DNA of 64,000 bases from a bacterium (lineage in GTDB: Bacteria; Patescibacteriota; Minisyncoccia; UBA6257; 02-FULL-45-10c), in NCBI GenBank assembly GCA_030646915.1, contig JAUSKT010000012.1, positions 4,663 to 68,662 of the forward strand, read 5' to 3'. Numbering within the stretch: the stretch's first letter is position 1; each line of letters begins with the position of its first letter. Positions 62,264-64,000 of this stretch are shown here, in pieces. Both the position numbers and the translations under genes were made by a program. The notes below the pieces were generated by a model. The model was not told the DNA's origin. It did not search any database and worked only from the letters and a program-made list of their open reading frames with translations.

Positions 62264-63214
62264 ATGGCAGCCATTGAAAAATCCTTAAAAGACTACTTAG
62301 ATTATCTGGAAATTGAAAAAAACCGTTCGCCGAAGACGCGAGAAAATTATGAACGATATTTAAAAGCCTTTATTGATTTTTCTAGAATTAAAAAACCGGA
62401 AGATATTACAATGGAGACGGTGAAAGAATTCCGGATATGGTTAGCGCGCAGTCCCGTTAGAGGCCGCGAGGGCTCGAAGCGCGCCTCTGCCTCTAACGGG
62501 ATAAAAAAAGTTACCCAGACTTATTACGCCATTGCCATCCGGAATTTTTTAAAATACTTGATTAAAAACGATTTTGAAGTTTTGTCTCCGGATAAAATTG
62601 AATTGCCGAAAATTCCCCGCCGGCAGATAGATATTATTGAATACGCGGATTTGGAAAGGTTTTTAAGCGCGCCGGCGCAAAATACTTTGCGCGGACTTAG
62701 AGACAGAGCTATCCTGGAAATGTTTTTTTCCACCGGACTCCGGATTTCCGAACTTTGCAATTTAGATAGGTATATTAATTTGGATAGAGGAGAAATCACG
62801 GTAAGAGGCAAGGGCGAAAAATTGCGGGTGGTTTTTCTTTCAGATCGGGCAAGAGCGGCTATAAAAAATTATCTGGATAAAAGAAGTGATACCACAGAAC
62901 ATTTATTTATCAGCCTTTCCAAGCAAACTTCTCCATTGAAAGAGCCGAAAGTTATTGGAAAAATCACTTCGCGAGCAGTCCAGCGGTTGGTAGAATTTTA
63001 CCGGCGGAAAGCTGGCATCGCCAAAAAAATAACTCCGCATCAGATCCGCCATCAGTTCGCGACTGATTTATTAATAAATGGCGCAGACCTCCGCTCGGTG
63101 CAGGAGCTTCTTGGCCATAGCAATATTTCCACCACTCAAATTTATACCCACATTACTAATAAAGAACTTCGGGAAATTCATAAATCTTTCCACGCAGCCA
63201 GGCGGAGAAAATAA
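62264..63214 (+). CDS. XerC/XerD-type tyrosine recombinase with an in-frame repeat insertion
   Basis: 316 aa with an N-terminal SAM-like domain (LEIEKNRSPKTRENYERYL) and catalytic R...HQIRH...LLGH...Y residues. A 16-codon insert lies at 62453-62500. Confidence 0.88.
   Translation: MAAIEKSLKDYLDYLEIEKNRSPKTRENYERYLKAFIDFSRIKKPEDITMETVKEFRIWLARSPVRGREGSKRASASNGIKKVTQTYYAIAIRNFLKYLIKNDFEVLSPDKIELPKIPRRQIDIIEYADLERFLSAPAQNTLRGLRDRAILEMFFSTGLRISELCNLDRYINLDRGEITVRGKGEKLRVVFLSDRARAAIKNYLDKRSDTTEHLFISLSKQTSPLKEPKVIGKITSRAVQRLVEFYRRKAGIAKKITPHQIRHQFATDLLINGADLRSVQELLGHSNISTTQIYTHITNKELREIHKSFHAARRRK
62452..62501 (+). mobile_element. TIR element, short GC-rich form (50 nt), in frame inside the Xer recombinase gene
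   Basis: 46 of 48 core positions are identical to the rsmA copy, in the same orientation and frame (PVRGREGSKRASASNG). No flanking duplication is recognisable. Confidence 0.8.
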
Positions 63215-63216
63215 TT

Positions 63217-63237
63217 TGGTGCCCTCGGGAGGATTTG
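63217..63237 (-). repeat. Duplicated 3' end of tRNA-Leu (with encoded CCA)
   Basis: The 19-nt segment gtgccctcgggaggatttg at 63219-63237 is identical to 63345-63363, the T-arm and acceptor 3' strand of tRNA-Leu. There is no matching 5' half, so it is not a gene. Confidence 0.7.
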
Positions 63238-63345
63238 CCTCTCCTTTCAGTCGAGACCTCATCACTTCGTGATTTCGGCCTTCGGTTCAATATCCTCAAA
63301 ACAAAAAATAATAAAAACCGAACAAACTTCAGTTTTTATTATTTG

Positions 63346-63427
63346 TGCCCTCGGGAGGATTTGAACCTCCAATCCTTGCGGAACATGGTCCTAAGCCATG
63401 CGCGTCTGCCAGTTTCGCCACGAGGGC
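63346..63427 (-). tRNA. tRNA-Leu (anticodon UAG)
   Basis: Minus-strand cloverleaf: acceptor GCCCTCG/CGAGGGC, anticodon stem CATGG/CCATG with loop CTTAGGA, a long variable arm, and T arm GGAGG-TTCAAAT-CCTCC. Confidence 0.88.
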
Positions 63428-63544
63428 AAATTCTCATACTAGTTTAGCTTAAATTAGCGTCGTTGACAAATAGATTTTTTTATGATATTTTATGATTAGT
63501 ATAAAAGTCCGCTAAAGCGGGCTAGTTTGAAAAAGGAGGCAGAG

Positions 63545-64000
63545 ATGACAAGTCTGATAGTTCTTTCAGTATTAATAATTCTTGTAGCAATACTTTTTTT
63601 CATTTCAGGATTAGTTCTTAGCTGGGCATATGAGCCGCCTCTTGATCCGCCAACGGCGATCGTCAAAAGGAGATTTGGCAAAATTGTTTGGGTAAAAATT
63701 GCCAGGGAATGGATTTTTGTCATTCCCAATATTGAATCTTTAGAAACACTTCCTATTCAAAGAAGTTCTTTAAAGGTCTCTCCCGCAGAAGTCCGGACTC
63801 CGGATAATGTGGCATTGGCTATGGAAGTTACTTTGTATTTGATTCCTGATTCGGATAATTCGGATAATTTAATGAATTATGTAAAATCTGGAAAAGAAGA
63901 AGGCGTTAAGAAAATTCTAAATGATATTACCGAACAAGAAATCCGCCAATGGGCAAGCGACCCAGGACAGACTCCGAAAACATGGGAAGAAGCCCGAAGT
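63545..64000 (+). CDS. SPFH/band-7-like membrane protein, N-terminal part (runs off window end)
   Basis: Manual translation from ATG 63545, preceded by AAGGAGG, gives MTSLIVLSVLIILVAILFFISGLVLSW... followed by ...VRTPDNVALAMEVTLYLIP.... The frame stays open to the end of the window. Confidence 0.55.
   Translation, partial: MTSLIVLSVLIILVAILFFISGLVLSWAYEPPLDPPTAIVKRRFGKIVWVKIAREWIFVIPNIESLETLPIQRSSLKVSPAEVRTPDNVALAMEVTLYLIPDSDNSDNLMNYVKSGKEEGVKKILNDITEQEIRQWASDPGQTPKTWEEARS

Noticed and set aside
1946-62501. Interpreting the repeated CCCGTTAGA...TCTAACGGG sequences as a CRISPR array.
   Set aside because: The copies are dispersed over 60 kb, in both orientations, with inverted rather than direct repeat structure. 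They lack regular spacers, and no cas genes are present.
62264-63214. Calling the tyrosine recombinase a phage or ICE integrase that marks a genomic island.
   Set aside because: The N-terminal and catalytic regions look like chromosomal XerC/XerD. The tRNA-fragment repeats enclose only about 105 bp, and no distal att copy was found in the window.
63217-63300. A second tRNA or a tmRNA 3' domain downstream of the recombinase gene.
   Set aside because: Only the T-arm/acceptor 3' strand plus CCA is present. No complementary 5' acceptor strand, D arm or anticodon arm could be built.
443-63729. About 70 short ORFs (60-167 aa) in the track that lie antisense to or out of frame within the long conserved genes. 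Examples: 443-649, 4253-4444, 6872-7144, 14955-15304, 17693-17953, 25280-25585, 43414-43797, 49547-49988, 60127-60630, 63496-63729.
   Set aside because: Each is fully nested in a longer ORF with clear family motifs. Their products are low-complexity (Ser/Phe/Leu/Ile-rich), as expected from the reverse strand of AT-rich genes. There is no start context or independent signal.

Overview
This is an AT-rich, gene-dense bacterial chromosome segment. Several traits suggest a CPR/Patescibacteria-type genome (inference): native genes lack Shine-Dalgarno sequences, polA is split, the ClpB-like ATPase is membrane-anchored, and there is a minimal T4SS-like cluster with a CPR-style pilin domain. The window spans the replication-origin neighbourhood (dnaN-dnaA on the minus strand, rpmH-rnpA-yidC-jag on the plus strand). 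It also carries many DNA repair and recombination genes (polX, EndoQ-like, mutM, ruvA, ruvB, ruvC, UvrD-like, comM, a Xer-type recombinase), rpsT, rpsO-pnp, PBP1A, a PilB/GspE ATPase, tRNA-Arg(CCG) and tRNA-Leu(UAG). A roughly 12-kb VirB4/VirB6/PrgI/pilin cluster lies at 35.7-47.4 kb. Three visibly GC-richer cassettes have their own promoter, strong SD and terminator, including a beta-CASP nuclease plus two unknown genes at 52.0-55.3 kb. The most unusual signal is a dispersed family of 16 elements sharing the 10-bp terminal inverted repeat TCCCGTTAGA...TCTAACGGGA, mostly flanked by a 4-bp TGRA target duplication. Ten long AT-rich copies (105-123 nt) sit exactly on start codons, all in the same orientation relative to the gene. 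Each carries an open frame from a duplicated ATG to a TAA located 4-5 nt before the real ATG. Short GC-rich copies (50-71 nt) are inserted in frame inside rsmA, the Xer recombinase, mutM and a T4SS-cluster gene. Other short in-frame oddities include a 32-nt perfect palindrome in polX, a 21/22-nt GC motif shared by both polA fragments, and heptanucleotide tandem repeats in tsaE, polA and polX. There are also several structured GC-rich intergenic repeats and one promoter-to-terminator sRNA candidate. No CRISPR array, transposase, reverse transcriptase or rRNA gene was seen.
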